From: Magnetococcales bacterium
GTDB lineage: Bacteria > Pseudomonadota > Magnetococcia > Magnetococcales > Magnetaquicoccaceae
Direction: 5' to 3'
Assembly: GCA_015231295.1 (NCBI GenBank)
Contig: JADGBU010000001.1
Span: 34,078-90,372, forward strand
DNA length: 56,295 bases
Positions within the stretch are counted from its first letter, which is position 1; every line of letters starts with the position of its first letter. The notes beneath the pieces were generated by a model that saw nothing but the letters and a program-made list of their open reading frames with translations, did not search any database and was not told the origin of the DNA. Positions 29,913-42,340 of the stretch are shown piece by piece. The translations under genes and the position numbers were made by a program.

Positions 29913-30002
29913 ATGCGATGGTCATTCCTCGATGGCAAGTCGTCCTGCACCATTGAAACACAATGGGATGAGATGTGCAATCGTGTCTGCTGAATTTTAT
30001 CG

Positions 30003-30046
30003 TGTCGCGATTCGGACATTGTGCGGTTTTTGTCGTATTTGTGACA
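30003..30046 (+). promoter_or_regulatory. Two NifA upstream activator sequences
   Basis: TGT-CGCGATTCGG-ACA (30003-30018) and TGT-CGTATTTGTG-ACA (30031-30046), both perfect TGT-N10-ACA. Confidence 0.85.
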
Positions 30047-30171
30047 AAACGGAGCGATTTTAATCGATTCTTTATCGGGGTATGCTCTTGTAATCAAGTG
30101 GACATTGGAAGGCTTATTGTCGCATTCCAGACGGGAGTCGAACGGGAATTGAAAGGGATTTCTTGTATTGT

Positions 30172-30184
30172 TATCAATCCATTG
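30172..30184 (+). promoter_or_regulatory. IHF binding site
   Basis: TATCAATCCATTG matches WATCAAN4TTR, between the UAS and the -24 box. Confidence 0.65.
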
Positions 30185-30200
30185 ATTGATGTGATGCGAT

Positions 30201-30217
30201 TTGGCGCGAGAAATGCC
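30201..30217 (+). promoter_or_regulatory. sigma54 promoter of nifHDKTY
   Basis: TTGGCGCGAGAAATGCC (GG-N10-GC). Confidence 0.8.
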
Positions 30218-30223
30218 CTATAG

Positions 30224-31177
<954 letters not shown>

Positions 31178-31201
31178 TGTCGTCCAAGGAGCGTTGAAGC
31201 C

Positions 31202-32662
31202 ATGTTGACTCAAGACGAAGCCCAGAAATTGATTCAGGAGGTGCTGGCGGCCTACCCACCGGAGGCCGCCGAGGATCGGGCCAAGCATCTGGCCGTGCTC
31301 GACGGGGAGAGTGCGGATGGGGGCGGGTGCGGCATCACCGCCAACCGCAAATCCCTTCCCGGCGTCATGACCATTCGCGGTTGCGCCTATGCCGGCTCCA
31401 AGGGGGTGGTGTGGGGACCGATCAAGGACATGATTCACATCTCCCACGGTCCCGTGGGATGCGGACAGTACTCCAGAGCCGGTCGTCGCAACTATTATGT
31501 CGGATATACCGGGGTCAACACCTTCGGCACCATGAACTTCACCTCGGATTTCCAGGAAAAGGACATCGTGTTCGGCGGTGACAAGAAACTCGCCAAACTG
31601 CTCGACGAGGCGAATACGCTCTTTCCGCTCAACAAGGGCATTTCCGTGCAGTCCGAATGTCCGGTGGGGCTGATCGGCGACGATATCGAAGCCGTGGCCA
31701 AGAAGAAAAGTGCCGATCTGGCCAAACCCGTGGTGCCGGTGCGTTGCGAAGGATTTCGGGGCGTCTCCCAATCCCTGGGACACCACATCGCCAACGACAC
31801 CATCCGGGATTACATTCTCGATCGTCCCAACGCCGCGTTCACGGGGGAGGCCGGCCCTTACGACGTGGCGGTGATCGGGGATTACAACATTGGCGGCGAT
31901 GCCTGGTCCTCCCGCATTCTTTTGGAGGAGATGGGGCTGAATGTGGTCGCCCAGTGGTCCGGAGACGGCACCCTGGCGGAGTTGGAACGGACGCCGAAGG
32001 TTCGGCTCAATCTGGTTCACTGCTACCGCTCGATGAACTACATCAGCCGTCACATGGAGAGCAAATACGGCATTCCATGGCTGGAGTACAACTTTTTCGG
32101 TCCCACCAAGATCGCCGATTCGTTGCGGCGCATCGCGGCCAAATTCGACGCGCGCATCCAGGCGGGGGCGGAGGCGGTGATCGCCAAATATCAGCCCATG
32201 GCCGATGCCATCACCGAACGGTTCCGGCCCCGGTTGCAGGGCAAACGGGTGATGCTCTATGTCGGCGGTCTGCGCCCCCGGCATGTGATCGGTGCCTATG
32301 AGGATTTGGGCATGGAGGTGGTGGGCACCGGCTACGAGTTCGGTCACAACGACGACTATGAACGGACCCAGGAGGAGCTGAAAAATACCACCCTGATCTA
32401 TGACGATGCCACAGGCTATGAACTGGAGCGGTTCGTGGAACAGGTGCGTCCCGATCTCATCGGTTCGGGCATCAAGGAAAAGTATGTGTTTCAGAAGATG
32501 GGCATTCCGTTCCGACAGATGCACTCCTGGGACTATTCCGGTCCTTATCACGGTTATGACGGGTATGCCATTTTCGCCCGCGACATGGATATGACCATCA
32601 ACAATCCCTGCTGGAAGATGATGACCCCTCCCTGGCGTCAGCCGGGTGCCGAGGCGGCGTGA
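31202..32662 (+). CDS. nifD: Nitrogenase MoFe protein alpha chain
   Basis: [44 protein letters not shown]. Confidence 0.99.
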   Translation: MLTQDEAQKLIQEVLAAYPPEAAEDRAKHLAVLDGESADGGGCGITANRKSLPGVMTIRGCAYAGSKGVVWGPIKDMIHISHGPVGCGQYSRAGRRNYYVGYTGVNTFGTMNFTSDFQEKDIVFGGDKKLAKLLDEANTLFPLNKGISVQSECPVGLIGDDIEAVAKKKSADLAKPVVPVRCEGFRGVSQSLGHHIANDTIRDYILDRPNAAFTGEAGPYDVAVIGDYNIGGDAWSSRILLEEMGLNVVAQWSGDGTLAELERTPKVRLNLVHCYRSMNYISRHMESKYGIPWLEYNFFGPTKIADSLRRIAAKFDARIQAGAEAVIAKYQPMADAITERFRPRLQGKRVMLYVGGLRPRHVIGAYEDLGMEVVGTGYEFGHNDDYERTQEELKNTTLIYDDATGYELERFVEQVRPDLIGSGIKEKYVFQKMGIPFRQMHSWDYSGPYHGYDGYAIFARDMDMTINNPCWKMMTPPWRQPGAEAA

Positions 32663-32726
32663 CTCTGACCTTCAATGTTCCATGATCTCTGTGTCTGCGG
32701 ATGAGCAGCACGGGAGGGAGACCGAC

Positions 32727-34298
32727 ATGAGCCAGACTGCGGAAAAGATCGTTCCCTGTTATCCGTTGTTCCAACAGCCGGAATATCGCGAAACCCTGAA
32801 GAAAAAGGCCGCCGAGTACGAAAATCGGGAACCGGCCAACGTCATCGACGAAACGTTCGAGTGGACCACCTCGCCGGAATATCGGGCGTTGAACTTTCAG
32901 CGCGAGGCGTTGACCGTCAATCCCGCCAAGGCGTGTCAGCCGTTGGGAGCGGTGTTGTGTTCTCTGGGGTTTCACGCCACCTTGCCCTATGTGCATGGCA
33001 GTCAGGGTTGCACCGCCTATTTTCGCACCTATTTCAACCGTCATTTCAAGGAGCCGATCGCCTGCGTTTCCGACTCCATGACCGAAGATGCGGCGGTGTT
33101 CGGGGGACAGAAAAACATGTTCGCCGGATTGCAGAACGCCAAGGCCCTCTACGAACCGGAGATGATCGCCGTCTCCTCCACCTGTATGGCCGAGGTGATC
33201 GGGGATGATCTGAATGCGTTCATCACCAATACCAAAAAAGATGGCCGCATTCCCATGGACTTTCCCACCCCCTACGCCCACACGCCGAGCTTCATCGGGA
33301 GTCATCTGACGGGATGGGACAACATGCTGGAGGGGATTTTGCGTTATTTCACCCTCAACAGCATGCAGGACAAGGAACCGGGCAAGAGTGGCAAGATCAA
33401 TCTGGTGGCCGGATTCGACGGTTATCTGGGCAACTATCGGGTGCTCAAGCAGATGGCGCGGGAGATGGGGGTGGAGGCGACGCTGCTCTCCGATCCCGAA
33501 GCGGTGCTGGATACGCCGGCGGATGGCAAATATCGCATGTACGCGGGCGGCACCACTCAGGAGGAGGTGAAACAGGCTCCCAATGCCATCGATACTTTGT
33601 TCCTGCAGCCCTGGGGGATCGACAAGAGCAAAAAATTCGTCAAGGAGACCTGGAATCATCCGACGACGGCGGTGGATGCGCCTTATGGTCTGGCGGCCAC
33701 GGATCAGTTTCTGATGACTCTTTCCCGTCTGAGCGGTCGGCCCATTCCGGCCTCTTTGGAGCTGGAACGGGGACGGCTGGTGGATATGATGGCCGACTCC
33801 CACGCCTGGTTGCACGGTCGCAGCTTTTCGGTGTACGGGGATCCGGATTTCGTCATGGGCATGGCCCGTTTTCTGATGGAGTTGGGAGCGGAGCCTTTGC
33901 ATCTGTTGAGCAACAATGCCACCAAACGATGGGGCAAGGCGATGGAAACCCTGCTGGCCTCTTCGCCCTACGGTCGGCGTGGCGAGGTCCATTTCGGGCG
34001 GGATTTGTGGCATATGCGTTCGCTGGTCTTCGAGAAGAAGCCGGATTTCCTGATCGGCAACTCCTACGGCAAGTTCATCCAGCGGGATACCCTGCACAAG
34101 GGCAAGGCGTTTGAAGTGCCATTGATCCGGATCGGCTTTCCGATTTTCGATCGGCATCATCTGCATCGTCAGACCACGTTGGGCTATCAGGGGGCGATGT
34201 ATCTGTTGACCACGCTGGTCAACGCGGTGCTGGAACGGCTCGACGAGGATACCCGTGGCATGGCGGAAACCGATTACAACTATGACTTGATTCGATAG
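32727..34298 (+). CDS. nifK: Nitrogenase MoFe protein beta chain
   Basis: NPAKACQPLG, HGSQGC, TCMAEVIGDD, HTPSF, C-terminal DYNYDLIR. Confidence 0.99.
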   Translation: MSQTAEKIVPCYPLFQQPEYRETLKKKAAEYENREPANVIDETFEWTTSPEYRALNFQREALTVNPAKACQPLGAVLCSLGFHATLPYVHGSQGCTAYFRTYFNRHFKEPIACVSDSMTEDAAVFGGQKNMFAGLQNAKALYEPEMIAVSSTCMAEVIGDDLNAFITNTKKDGRIPMDFPTPYAHTPSFIGSHLTGWDNMLEGILRYFTLNSMQDKEPGKSGKINLVAGFDGYLGNYRVLKQMAREMGVEATLLSDPEAVLDTPADGKYRMYAGGTTQEEVKQAPNAIDTLFLQPWGIDKSKKFVKETWNHPTTAVDAPYGLAATDQFLMTLSRLSGRPIPASLELERGRLVDMMADSHAWLHGRSFSVYGDPDFVMGMARFLMELGAEPLHLLSNNATKRWGKAMETLLASSPYGRRGEVHFGRDLWHMRSLVFEKKPDFLIGNSYGKFIQRDTLHKGKAFEVPLIRIGFPIFDRHHLHRQTTLGYQGAMYLLTTLVNAVLERLDEDTRGMAETDYNYDLIR

Positions 34299-34301
34299 GG
34301 G

Positions 34302-34520
34302 ATGCCCGTGCCGGAGATCATGTTGAGACGTAACGAACGGGGTGATCTGTTGTGTTATGTGCCCAAGAAGGATCTGGAGGCGGTGGTGCGGGAGGTGGAG
34401 TTCGATCAGGAGGATCGCTGGGGCGGCACCTTGAGTCTGGCCAACGGGGAGAAGCTCTATCTGGAACCTTTGGCGGCCAAACCGGCGATTCCACTGACGG
34501 TCCGGGTGCGCAAACTGTGA
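34302..34520 (+). CDS. nifT: NifT/FixU protein
   Basis: YVPKKDLE, WGG, LANG, PLTV. Confidence 0.92.
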   Translation: MPVPEIMLRRNERGDLLCYVPKKDLEAVVREVEFDQEDRWGGTLSLANGEKLYLEPLAAKPAIPLTVRVRKL

Positions 34521-34537
34521 ATCGGGAGTGAAGGCAA

Positions 34538-35251
34538 ATGACCGTTCTGGCCCAGGAGTTGACCGAAGAGTTGGCCTTGCGGATTGGTTTGGCCTGTCAG
34601 GAGTTGTCCCTGTCGGCCCCGCAGGTGCTGATTGCGCGTTTGAAGGAGTTGTTCGATGGTCAGCTCCCAGACCGGGAGCGGATGAAAACGGTGACGCCTT
34701 GTCAACTGCGTCCCCTGTTGCAGCCGGATCTTCCCGAATTGACGGGAAAAAAGCTGAAATCGGCGTTGCACTGGCTCGCCAGTTGGGAGCCGGAGCAACA
34801 ATCCTGGACCGGAGAGACGCGCTGCGAGGCGATTGCCGATCAGGCTCCCTTCGGGGTGATCCGTGTGGCTCTGGCCAGCACGGATCCGGGTGGGGAGTGC
34901 GGCCATTTCGCCTCGTGCAGCCATTTCGCGATTCACGATGTCACCCCCGGAGAGATCCGATCGGTGGCGAATCGGGGGCTCTCCATGGCCGAACCGGGAC
35001 TCGACAAGGTGGAGGCCCGGCTCTCCCTGATTCGGGATTGTCGGATTCTGGTGGTGGGCAGTATCGGCGGTCCGGCGGCGGCCCGCGTCACCCGGAGCGG
35101 GGCGTTGCCTCTCAAGCTGACGGAGGGGCAGAGTGCTGCGGAGTGGTTGGAGCGGTTGCGTCAGGTGTTGTCGTCCGGCGCGCCGCCGCCCTGGTTGCGT
35201 CGGATCATGGCCGGAGAGTCGGCAGGTCCGGAAGTGGTCGCGGAGGGCTGA
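34538..35251 (+). CDS. nifY: NifY/NafY nitrogenase maturation protein
   Basis: LTEELALRIGLA, RVALAS, GHFASC, SIGGPAAARV, PPPWL. Confidence 0.88.
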   Translation: MTVLAQELTEELALRIGLACQELSLSAPQVLIARLKELFDGQLPDRERMKTVTPCQLRPLLQPDLPELTGKKLKSALHWLASWEPEQQSWTGETRCEAIADQAPFGVIRVALASTDPGGECGHFASCSHFAIHDVTPGEIRSVANRGLSMAEPGLDKVEARLSLIRDCRILVVGSIGGPAAARVTRSGALPLKLTEGQSAAEWLERLRQVLSSGAPPPWLRRIMAGESAGPEVVAEG

Positions 35252-35401
35252 AGCGTTTTTTGGGTGCGTTGTGTGAGCTGGACCCAAAATCAAGGACAGA
35301 AACCGGACTGAAATAAGCGACACCTCGACCAGATTCTGGCCTTTGACTTTCAAAAATCGTGAAAATGGTTTCAATCACCCTTCGTCCACTTGGCAAGGAG
35401 A

Positions 35402-35446
35402 GGCAGGCCTATGGAAAACAGCCGTATCGTTTTCCATAGGCCTGCC
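35402..35446. terminator. Perfect 18-bp inverted repeat after the nifHDKTY operon
   Basis: ggcaggcctatggaaaac-N9-gttttccataggcctgcc. Confidence 0.6.
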
Positions 35447-35639
35447 CATGTTTGCCATCTTACGCCGCCACTGGTCGATTTTCGCCCTGGCTTTCCGGAT
35501 CCTCTTTTCCATCGCGTTCTCCATGCCAGTTAAAATGGAGCTAACGCAATCTTATTAGATCTCCATATCGAAGAGAAGCAATACACATGCCTCTGTAATA
35601 GGCGGCAGAAGACTCATCCAGGAGACCACATCCGCCAGA

Positions 35640-35867
35640 TTGACCCACCGGTTGTTCGTGTCAGGTTTCTCTCGAAGCCACAACTTCCCGGACCACCGTG
35701 ATTCGATCAAAAATCCGGCGGTCCAGGCACTGACCACTGAGAACATTCAATTCTATTTCTGCCATATTCAGCCAACTGCCGTGTTTCGACGTGTCATGGA
35801 TCTCAAGACGATCCAGTAACCGTCTGGCTTCCTTCGGTTCAAACGCCGGATACAGCGATGCCGGTTT
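35640..35867 (-). mobile_element. IS630-family transposase C-terminal remnant
   Basis: KPASLYPAFEPKEARRLLDRLEIHDTSKHGSWLNMAEIELNVLSGQCLDRR, then a stop; no N-terminal part. Confidence 0.85.
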
Positions 35868-35937
35868 TAGGATGATGCCTCTGCAACGATTGCCTTTAGG
35901 AGGGCCAATAAGATTGGCAAGGCTTTTTGAGGAGCCC

Positions 35938-36390
35938 CTATTTTTTCCATGCCCCCCAGGAGTGAACTTCTGCTCCATCGTACTCGATCAATTTGTGCTG
36001 TTTCATTTTGGCCAGCAAGGCCTTCCTGGTAATCGGTTTCACCAAATAATCGGTGCAAGCCCCGTAAAAGAAAGCCTCCACGACATTGGCTTCATTGTTC
36101 AGCATGGTAAGCATAAACACTAAAGACATTTTCTTCATGCCGGACAAATCCACATCGAGATTATCGCGTTCGACTTGTCGAATCATTTTCAAGGCTTCCT
36201 GGCCATCCATCTCGGGCATTTGAATGTCCATGAACACCAGATCATACGGCTCCTTTTGAACCAGCGCGATACAAAACATCTCAACACCGATTCTTCCGTT
36301 ATCCGCCGTATCCACCGTTCCAAACTCTTCCAGCAGGAATTTCATCTCTTCCTGAATCGACAATTGATCTTCAACGACCAAGATTTTCAT
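35938..36390 (-). CDS. Single-domain response regulator (REC)
   Basis: ILVVED, VFMDIQMPEMDG, YLVKP. Confidence 0.9.
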   Translation of the reverse strand: MKILVVEDQLSIQEEMKFLLEEFGTVDTADNGRIGVEMFCIALVQKEPYDLVFMDIQMPEMDGQEALKMIRQVERDNLDVDLSGMKKMSLVFMLTMLNNEANVVEAFFYGACTDYLVKPITRKALLAKMKQHKLIEYDGAEVHSWGAWKK

Positions 36391-36405
36391 AATGATTTTC
36401 TCTCC

Positions 36406-38385
36406 TCATGATATGTTTTGTTTGTTTTTCAGGACGTTCAGGAGCCCAGAATATTCCCTTTCCAGTTGTTCGAACAGCATCGTGATTTCTTGAATTTCAC
36501 CACGTCTTCCTTTGGATTCTATTTCGCCACACAACTGTATAATGCCTTCCGCATGAACCACGCTACAACATCCCTTCATGGCATGCGCTCCCTGCGATAT
36601 TTTTTCTGCATCTCTCTCATTGACTGCATCGTACAGAACAGTCATGTTTTTTTCCAAATCCTGAAAGAAGGCACGGAGCAATCGATCAAAGCGTTCTTTT
36701 CCCATTTTGATCGCCTTTTCTGCCAAGCGGGACTCGTCCAAAGGAGAGGTCGGTGACGCTGCGCCTGGGATTGATACCATTGTCAACTTTTCTTTCAGAG
36801 CAGAACCGGATGATTCCTTTGAATCATTTTCATCCAAAACAACACCAAACCAATGCGCCAATTCACTCAACAAGGCTTGTTCCTCAATTGGTTTGGTCAA
36901 AAAGCCATCCATTCCCGCTGCCAGACAATTCAACCGGTCTTCTTCGGTCACATTGGCTGTCAGGGCAATCACAGGTGTGTGTGGTCGTTTGGTTTCTTTT
37001 TCAAAGCGACGCAAAGCCCGAGTCGCATCAAAACCATCCATGACAGGCATTCGGCAATCCATCAATACAAGGTCATAAAAATTAATTTTCAAGGCTTCCA
37101 GGGCTTCCAGTCCGTTACAGACCAGCTCGAAGGATCGTATATCCAGAGAGTATAAAAGATCGGAAATGTATAATCGGTTCACTTCTACGTCTTCCACCAC
37201 CAGAATTCGAATTTTTTTGTTCAATTTCAGAGCTTCATCGTGATTTTTTGCGGCATCCTCCAGTTCTTCGGAAGTCAAAAAGGAGTTCACAAAATGAACG
37301 GTAAAATAAAAATTGCTTCCCTTTCCCGGTTCACTTTCTACCTGAATTTCACCGCCCATCAAACGTATCAGTCTGGAACAAATGACCAAGCCCAATCCTG
37401 TCCCACCAAATGCCCGGGTGGTGGACACATCCGCCTGGACAAAGGGTTTGAAAAGCGATTTCAAGCCTTCCTCCGAGATGCCAATGCCGGTATCTCGAAC
37501 CGAAAACTGCAAGGCAATCCGTTCATTCCTTCCCGGGACAAGACTCACCTCAAGATCCACCTGTCCCTGGAGGGTGAATTTGACCGCATTGGAGGTCAAG
37601 TTGAACAAGATCTGACGCAAACGATTGGGATCGCCACAAATCACGGCAGGAACGGTTTCCTGACATCGCCAGGATAACGTAATACCTTTCTCTTCTGCCG
37701 AAAGGGTAATAAGATCACCCACGTCCGACACAATTTTTCGGACATCAAACGGAATTTCTTCCAGAACAACGCGACCGGATTCGATCTTTGAGTAGTCCAG
37801 GATGTCATTCACAATGGTGAGCAAATGCTTCCCGGATTTCCGCATGATATCCAGGAATTGGCTCCCTTGCACCGATAAGGGTTGCTTGGCAAGCAGATTG
37901 GCAAATCCAATGATTCCATTCAGGGGAGTACGAATTTCATGGCTCATCAGCGCAAGGAACTGACTTTTTGATCTGGCGTCCTGCAAGGCTTGCATTTCCG
38001 CCTTTTTCAAAGCCAGTTGCATTTTGATGCGAGACAGCATCACAGGCGGATTGATTGGTTTGACGATAAAATCAACTGCACCGACACTCAAACCATGGAT
38101 TTCGCTGTCTGGATCATTCTCTCCCGTAATAAAAATAACTATAATATCTTTTGTCGCTTCATTGGCCTTAAGCCTTTCGCAGACCGTAAAACCGTTCATG
38201 CCTGGCATCTGGATGTCCAGAAGAATCAAATCGGGTAATGCCTCCGCAACGATTTGCAAGGCTTCCTCCCCACTGATGGCCGCAGAGACTTCATAATCGT
38301 ACATGAGTGCCCGGGCAAGCACCTTGATGTTGGCCGGAACATCATCGACAATCAAAATGGCCGATTTCCTCACCTCGACATGCAT
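36406..38385 (-). CDS. Cytoplasmic hybrid histidine kinase REC-HisKA-HATPase-REC-HPt
   Basis: LLDIQMP, MSHEIRTPLN, NAVKFT, DTGIG, GGTGLGL, LMDCRMP, AHAMKG. Confidence 0.93.
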   Translation of the reverse strand: MHVEVRKSAILIVDDVPANIKVLARALMYDYEVSAAISGEEALQIVAEALPDLILLDIQMPGMNGFTVCERLKANEATKDIIVIFITGENDPDSEIHGLSVGAVDFIVKPINPPVMLSRIKMQLALKKAEMQALQDARSKSQFLALMSHEIRTPLNGIIGFANLLAKQPLSVQGSQFLDIMRKSGKHLLTIVNDILDYSKIESGRVVLEEIPFDVRKIVSDVGDLITLSAEEKGITLSWRCQETVPAVICGDPNRLRQILFNLTSNAVKFTLQGQVDLEVSLVPGRNERIALQFSVRDTGIGISEEGLKSLFKPFVQADVSTTRAFGGTGLGLVICSRLIRLMGGEIQVESEPGKGSNFYFTVHFVNSFLTSEELEDAAKNHDEALKLNKKIRILVVEDVEVNRLYISDLLYSLDIRSFELVCNGLEALEALKINFYDLVLMDCRMPVMDGFDATRALRRFEKETKRPHTPVIALTANVTEEDRLNCLAAGMDGFLTKPIEEQALLSELAHWFGVVLDENDSKESSGSALKEKLTMVSIPGAASPTSPLDESRLAEKAIKMGKERFDRLLRAFFQDLEKNMTVLYDAVNERDAEKISQGAHAMKGCCSVVHAEGIIQLCGEIESKGRRGEIQEITMLFEQLEREYSGLLNVLKNKQNIS

Positions 38386-38395
38386 GATATTTTCC

Positions 38396-41300
38396 TTATT
38401 TTATGACAGGGACATCCAAAACACTGCACAGATGGGTCAACCGTTCCCGAGCCTCTTTAAAATTGAATTCATCAAGAGATTCTGCGATTCTGATCACAAA
38501 CTCCTCCGCACTGCTGTCCTTGAGCATGGTCAGCAAGGCTTCACACTGGTCGGATGATATGGTCTTACGTCCCATGACAGATCTCGACAATTCGGCCAAC
38601 TGGGCAATCATTTCTTCAGTGACAAGGGGTGCATGTGTCACAGTCGGCACTCTTTCTTCTTCAGATGTAGAGTCTGAAGAGCATTCCAATGACGTTATCT
38701 CTCTGAACACCTGATGTATTTGAGTTTCAAATGGATGCATCAAGAGTGTCAAACTCTCTTGCCGTTCTTGTTTGATATCATTTTCCAGAGACAAGGCAGC
38801 CTTGGCCAACCCCTCTGCGGACAGATTGCTGGCCACTCCTTTGACCTCATGCACCCAACGCACTGCAGACTGCCTGTCACCCGACTCCAAAGCAGTACGG
38901 ATCTTTTCCGGAAAATCACCGAAACTCTTCTTGAATCTTAAAATCATTGAACAATAAAGCGAATGGTTTGCTCCAAGACGTTGCACACCGGCAGCCACGT
39001 TGAAACTGGACAGATGTTTCTGTAAATTCAACATCTCCTCCATTGCTGCGTTTTCGTCTTCGTTGGTATTCTTTATATTGTTCAAGGAATCATTTTCAAC
39101 AGTTTCAATCATCTCCAAGATTTCATCCGGATCGGGGTATTGCACGGCCAGCCACTTTTTCAACATTTCGTCAAGTTGTTTTATCAGCAATGGTTTTGAA
39201 AGAAAATCATCCATGCCGGCCTGTTTACATTTTTCTATTTCGCTTTGCATGGCACTGGCGGTGATGGCGATGATCGGCATATGCCGGCCAGGCAATTCCT
39301 CGCCGAGAATGGCGCGGGTCAGTTCAAAACCATCCATGTTGGGCATATGGCAATCCGTCAGCAACAGGCCATAACGCCCGGTGCGCCACATTTGCAAGGC
39401 GATGTGACCATCTTCGGCCATTTCTGCGACATACCCCAACAGACGCAACTGTTCTTGAATCACCTCGCGGTTGATTTCATTATCCTCGGCCAACAAGATC
39501 AACCGGTTGGCGGCCAGTGCCTCCTCAACGGTAGGAACCTTGATTCTGGCATGCTTGCGCCGATCATAACTCTTGATCCACGTGCTTGGGTGCAACCGTC
39601 TGCAAGCAACCAACACGGCATTCACCAGGTTTTTATAAACCAAGGGTGAGCCTTCCACAGGAACGGCTTTGGACATGGAATTGTTCTGGCCACTGAGCAT
39701 GATCTGAACAACCGGGGCCTGTTCCGGAATGAACGGCACATGGTTGTCTTGCCAACTCATGGCGATCAAGATCACCTTTGGCGTGGAAGTTTCCTGCCAA
39801 TCCAATGTGTCCAGGTCGGCGACCGGCATGACCTCGGCACCAGCCGCGCGACAATAGGCCGTCACGATCTCCTGTTGCAGCGCATCCTGAACCAACAGAA
39901 ACAGTTGAAAGCCTTTCAATTCCGCTTCAGGTGCCATCTGATGCGCCGGCTGGTATCTTTCCATCGGCATTTCGATGGTGAACTCGGTGCCTTCATCCGG
40001 TACGCTGCGCACCGAGATGGCGCCATTCATCATTTTCACCAACCGATGCGTAATGCTCAGACCCAGACCGGTTCCACCAAATTTACGCGATGTGCTCTCA
40101 TCCGCCTGGTTGAACGGGACGAACAGTTTTTCTACGGTTGACTCGTCCATGCCAATGCCGTTGTCCATGATCCAGATGTGCAAACTGGTTGAGCCGTTTT
40201 GCTGGGGCGATGGCGTGATCCGCAAAACGACCCGACCGGATTGATTCTCCCGTTTGGCGCTGAATTTAATCGCATTACTCAACAGATTGAACAGGATCTG
40301 ACGCAGACGTGTTTCATCCGACACAATCCAGGATGGCAACTCGGGAGAGATATAAAGATACAACGCCACTAATTTTTCCTTGGCGGTGGTTCCCAAAAGC
40401 TGCGCCACACTTTCCACGATTTCATGCAACGGCACAGGAACCCGTTCGATTTCCAACTTGTCGGCTTCGATTTTGGACAAATCCAGAATGTCATTCAGGA
40501 TTGTCAATAACGCTTGCGAAGAGTCCTGAATGATATGGACCATGCGACGTTGCGCGCGCGTCATTTCTGTCCGACGCAAGACGTCCACCATGCCAATCAC
40601 ACCGTTCATCGGTGTGCGTATCTCATGGCTCATGTTTGATAAAAAATTACTTTTAGCAAGGCTGGCCTGTTCTGCAAGTTCCTTGAGCTTCAGGAGTTCC
40701 TGTTCAGTTTCTTTGAAGCGCGTAATATCTGTCATGATTGCAACGAACATGGATTGTTCGCCAACGGTCATCTCTCCCAAGATCAATTCCAGGGGAAATT
40801 CCGTACCATCTTTTTTTAAGCCAATAACCTCTCGACGAGACCCGATGTTTCTTTTATCTCCTTTTATTTTATAGTTACTTATAAAAGCGTCATGTTGCCT
40901 GGCGATATGCTCCGGCATCAACAAATTGACATTCTTCCCCAACAATTCGGCGGACGAATAGCCAAAATAATTCTCAACAGCCGTATTCAGATTGACAATA
41001 TTACCAAAGGCATTGGTGGTGATGATGGGATTGGCCGCAGTATGCAGAATCGTGCGGATGGTGCTTTCGCTCAGTTGAAATTCTTTTGCAATCAATGCGG
41101 TTTGTTCTTCTGCCTGGATCTTTCGTGCGATCAACAGATACATCATTATGGACATCGTGATCGTGACAATCATCCCAAGAATGGAAATTATCCAAGATTT
41201 TTTAATACCTGAATGATTTTCAAAGCCGGGCAGAGTGCTGACATCCAAATACCAAAAATGATTCAGGATCTTTATTTCTCTGCCCACCTGAAATGTGGGC

Positions 41301-42118
41301 GGGGAGTCGGATTTTTCAGAAACGCTCGGATGAGTGTCCAGCATCAGCACATCGGGCGTTGGGGCGGATCCATCATAAATTCTCAGACGCAGATTTTTTA
41401 TCAGATTCTTTTTACTGCCAACCATGAAATCTTCAATCCGAAAGGGTGAGTAGACCCAACCGATCAGCGATTCCCGCCTCTCCTCCAGGCTGTCCGGAGT
41501 GAAACCGTATCTATACACCGGCGTATAAATCAAAAAACCTGACTGCACTTGTTTCCCATCCTCCTGGACCAGTGTCACCTTGCCCGACATCGTGGATTTT
41601 CCGGAATCCCTGGCCATGATCATGGCACTCTGCCGAACGGGTTCAGAAAACATGTCGTACCCGAACGCACGCAGATTCCGGTCCATGAAAGGCTCAAGAT
41701 AAATAATCGAAGTATAAATTTCACGATCGCCAGGTGGACGTATTTCGTAGTTCAAAAACCCTTCTTTACGCAACGCCTGAATGTGTTTTTCTTTATCTTC
41801 AACCGGAACTATTTTAGAAAAACCAACTCCAAGAATGCTTGGTTGTTCTTTTATTTGCAATGATTTGATGTATGTTGATAGTTTTTTTCTTGACATTCCG
41901 CTATTCGAATAGAAAAAACCCCTGACACCTAAAAGTATCTGGCGATACAGAGCGATTCTGATGTCTATAAAATTTATAATTTCTGTTTGTACTTTGTGGA
42001 TTTTTTCTTCATGATTCAATAAATCCTCCTGCTCAGCCCATTTGTACAAGGCGAGAGTAATCAACATTCCCGAACAAAATACAATAAATACGGAGGCGAC
42101 AATCTTTAATTTTCTCAC
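38396..42118 (-). CDS. Membrane hybrid histidine kinase CHASE-PAS-HisKA-HATPase-REC-HPt
   Basis: Two TM segments around a CHASE domain (YLEPFMDRNLRAFGYDM, SGKVTLVQE), PAS (KDGTEFP), MSHEIRTPMN, LTDCHMP, VHEVKG. Confidence 0.93.
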   Translation of the reverse strand: MRKLKIVASVFIVFCSGMLITLALYKWAEQEDLLNHEEKIHKVQTEIINFIDIRIALYRQILLGVRGFFYSNSGMSRKKLSTYIKSLQIKEQPSILGVGFSKIVPVEDKEKHIQALRKEGFLNYEIRPPGDREIYTSIIYLEPFMDRNLRAFGYDMFSEPVRQSAMIMARDSGKSTMSGKVTLVQEDGKQVQSGFLIYTPVYRYGFTPDSLEERRESLIGWVYSPFRIEDFMVGSKKNLIKNLRLRIYDGSAPTPDVLMLDTHPSVSEKSDSPPTFQVGREIKILNHFWYLDVSTLPGFENHSGIKKSWIISILGMIVTITMSIMMYLLIARKIQAEEQTALIAKEFQLSESTIRTILHTAANPIITTNAFGNIVNLNTAVENYFGYSSAELLGKNVNLLMPEHIARQHDAFISNYKIKGDKRNIGSRREVIGLKKDGTEFPLELILGEMTVGEQSMFVAIMTDITRFKETEQELLKLKELAEQASLAKSNFLSNMSHEIRTPMNGVIGMVDVLRRTEMTRAQRRMVHIIQDSSQALLTILNDILDLSKIEADKLEIERVPVPLHEIVESVAQLLGTTAKEKLVALYLYISPELPSWIVSDETRLRQILFNLLSNAIKFSAKRENQSGRVVLRITPSPQQNGSTSLHIWIMDNGIGMDESTVEKLFVPFNQADESTSRKFGGTGLGLSITHRLVKMMNGAISVRSVPDEGTEFTIEMPMERYQPAHQMAPEAELKGFQLFLLVQDALQQEIVTAYCRAAGAEVMPVADLDTLDWQETSTPKVILIAMSWQDNHVPFIPEQAPVVQIMLSGQNNSMSKAVPVEGSPLVYKNLVNAVLVACRRLHPSTWIKSYDRRKHARIKVPTVEEALAANRLILLAEDNEINREVIQEQLRLLGYVAEMAEDGHIALQMWRTGRYGLLLTDCHMPNMDGFELTRAILGEELPGRHMPIIAITASAMQSEIEKCKQAGMDDFLSKPLLIKQLDEMLKKWLAVQYPDPDEILEMIETVENDSLNNIKNTNEDENAAMEEMLNLQKHLSSFNVAAGVQRLGANHSLYCSMILRFKKSFGDFPEKIRTALESGDRQSAVRWVHEVKGVASNLSAEGLAKAALSLENDIKQERQESLTLLMHPFETQIHQVFREITSLECSSDSTSEEERVPTVTHAPLVTEEMIAQLAELSRSVMGRKTISSDQCEALLTMLKDSSAEEFVIRIAESLDEFNFKEARERLTHLCSVLDVPVIK

Positions 42119-42253
42119 AATCTACTCCAATTGCAACGGCGATGCGAAGCGTACTGGTTGCAGACCAAGAGGTTTAGATTGCATGGATTCGGCTCAAACC
42201 ACTCCGAACAGCAATCTTCCCACCAGCATGAAAATGACCACGCTCAGACAGAA

Positions 42254-42304
42254 TACTAAGGATTTCTTAGTATCTTTGCAACAGGAAAGCTAAGAAAATC
42301 TTAG
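42254..42304. promoter_or_regulatory. Twin palindromic operators (CTAAG-N5-CTTAG) upstream of the XRE gene
   Basis: TACTAAG-GATTT-CTTAGTA (42254-42272) and CTAAG-AAAAT-CTTAG (42290-42304). Confidence 0.7.
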
Positions 42305-42340
42305 TCCGCATCAACTCCAGGGGCATGGGTATGGGCTGGG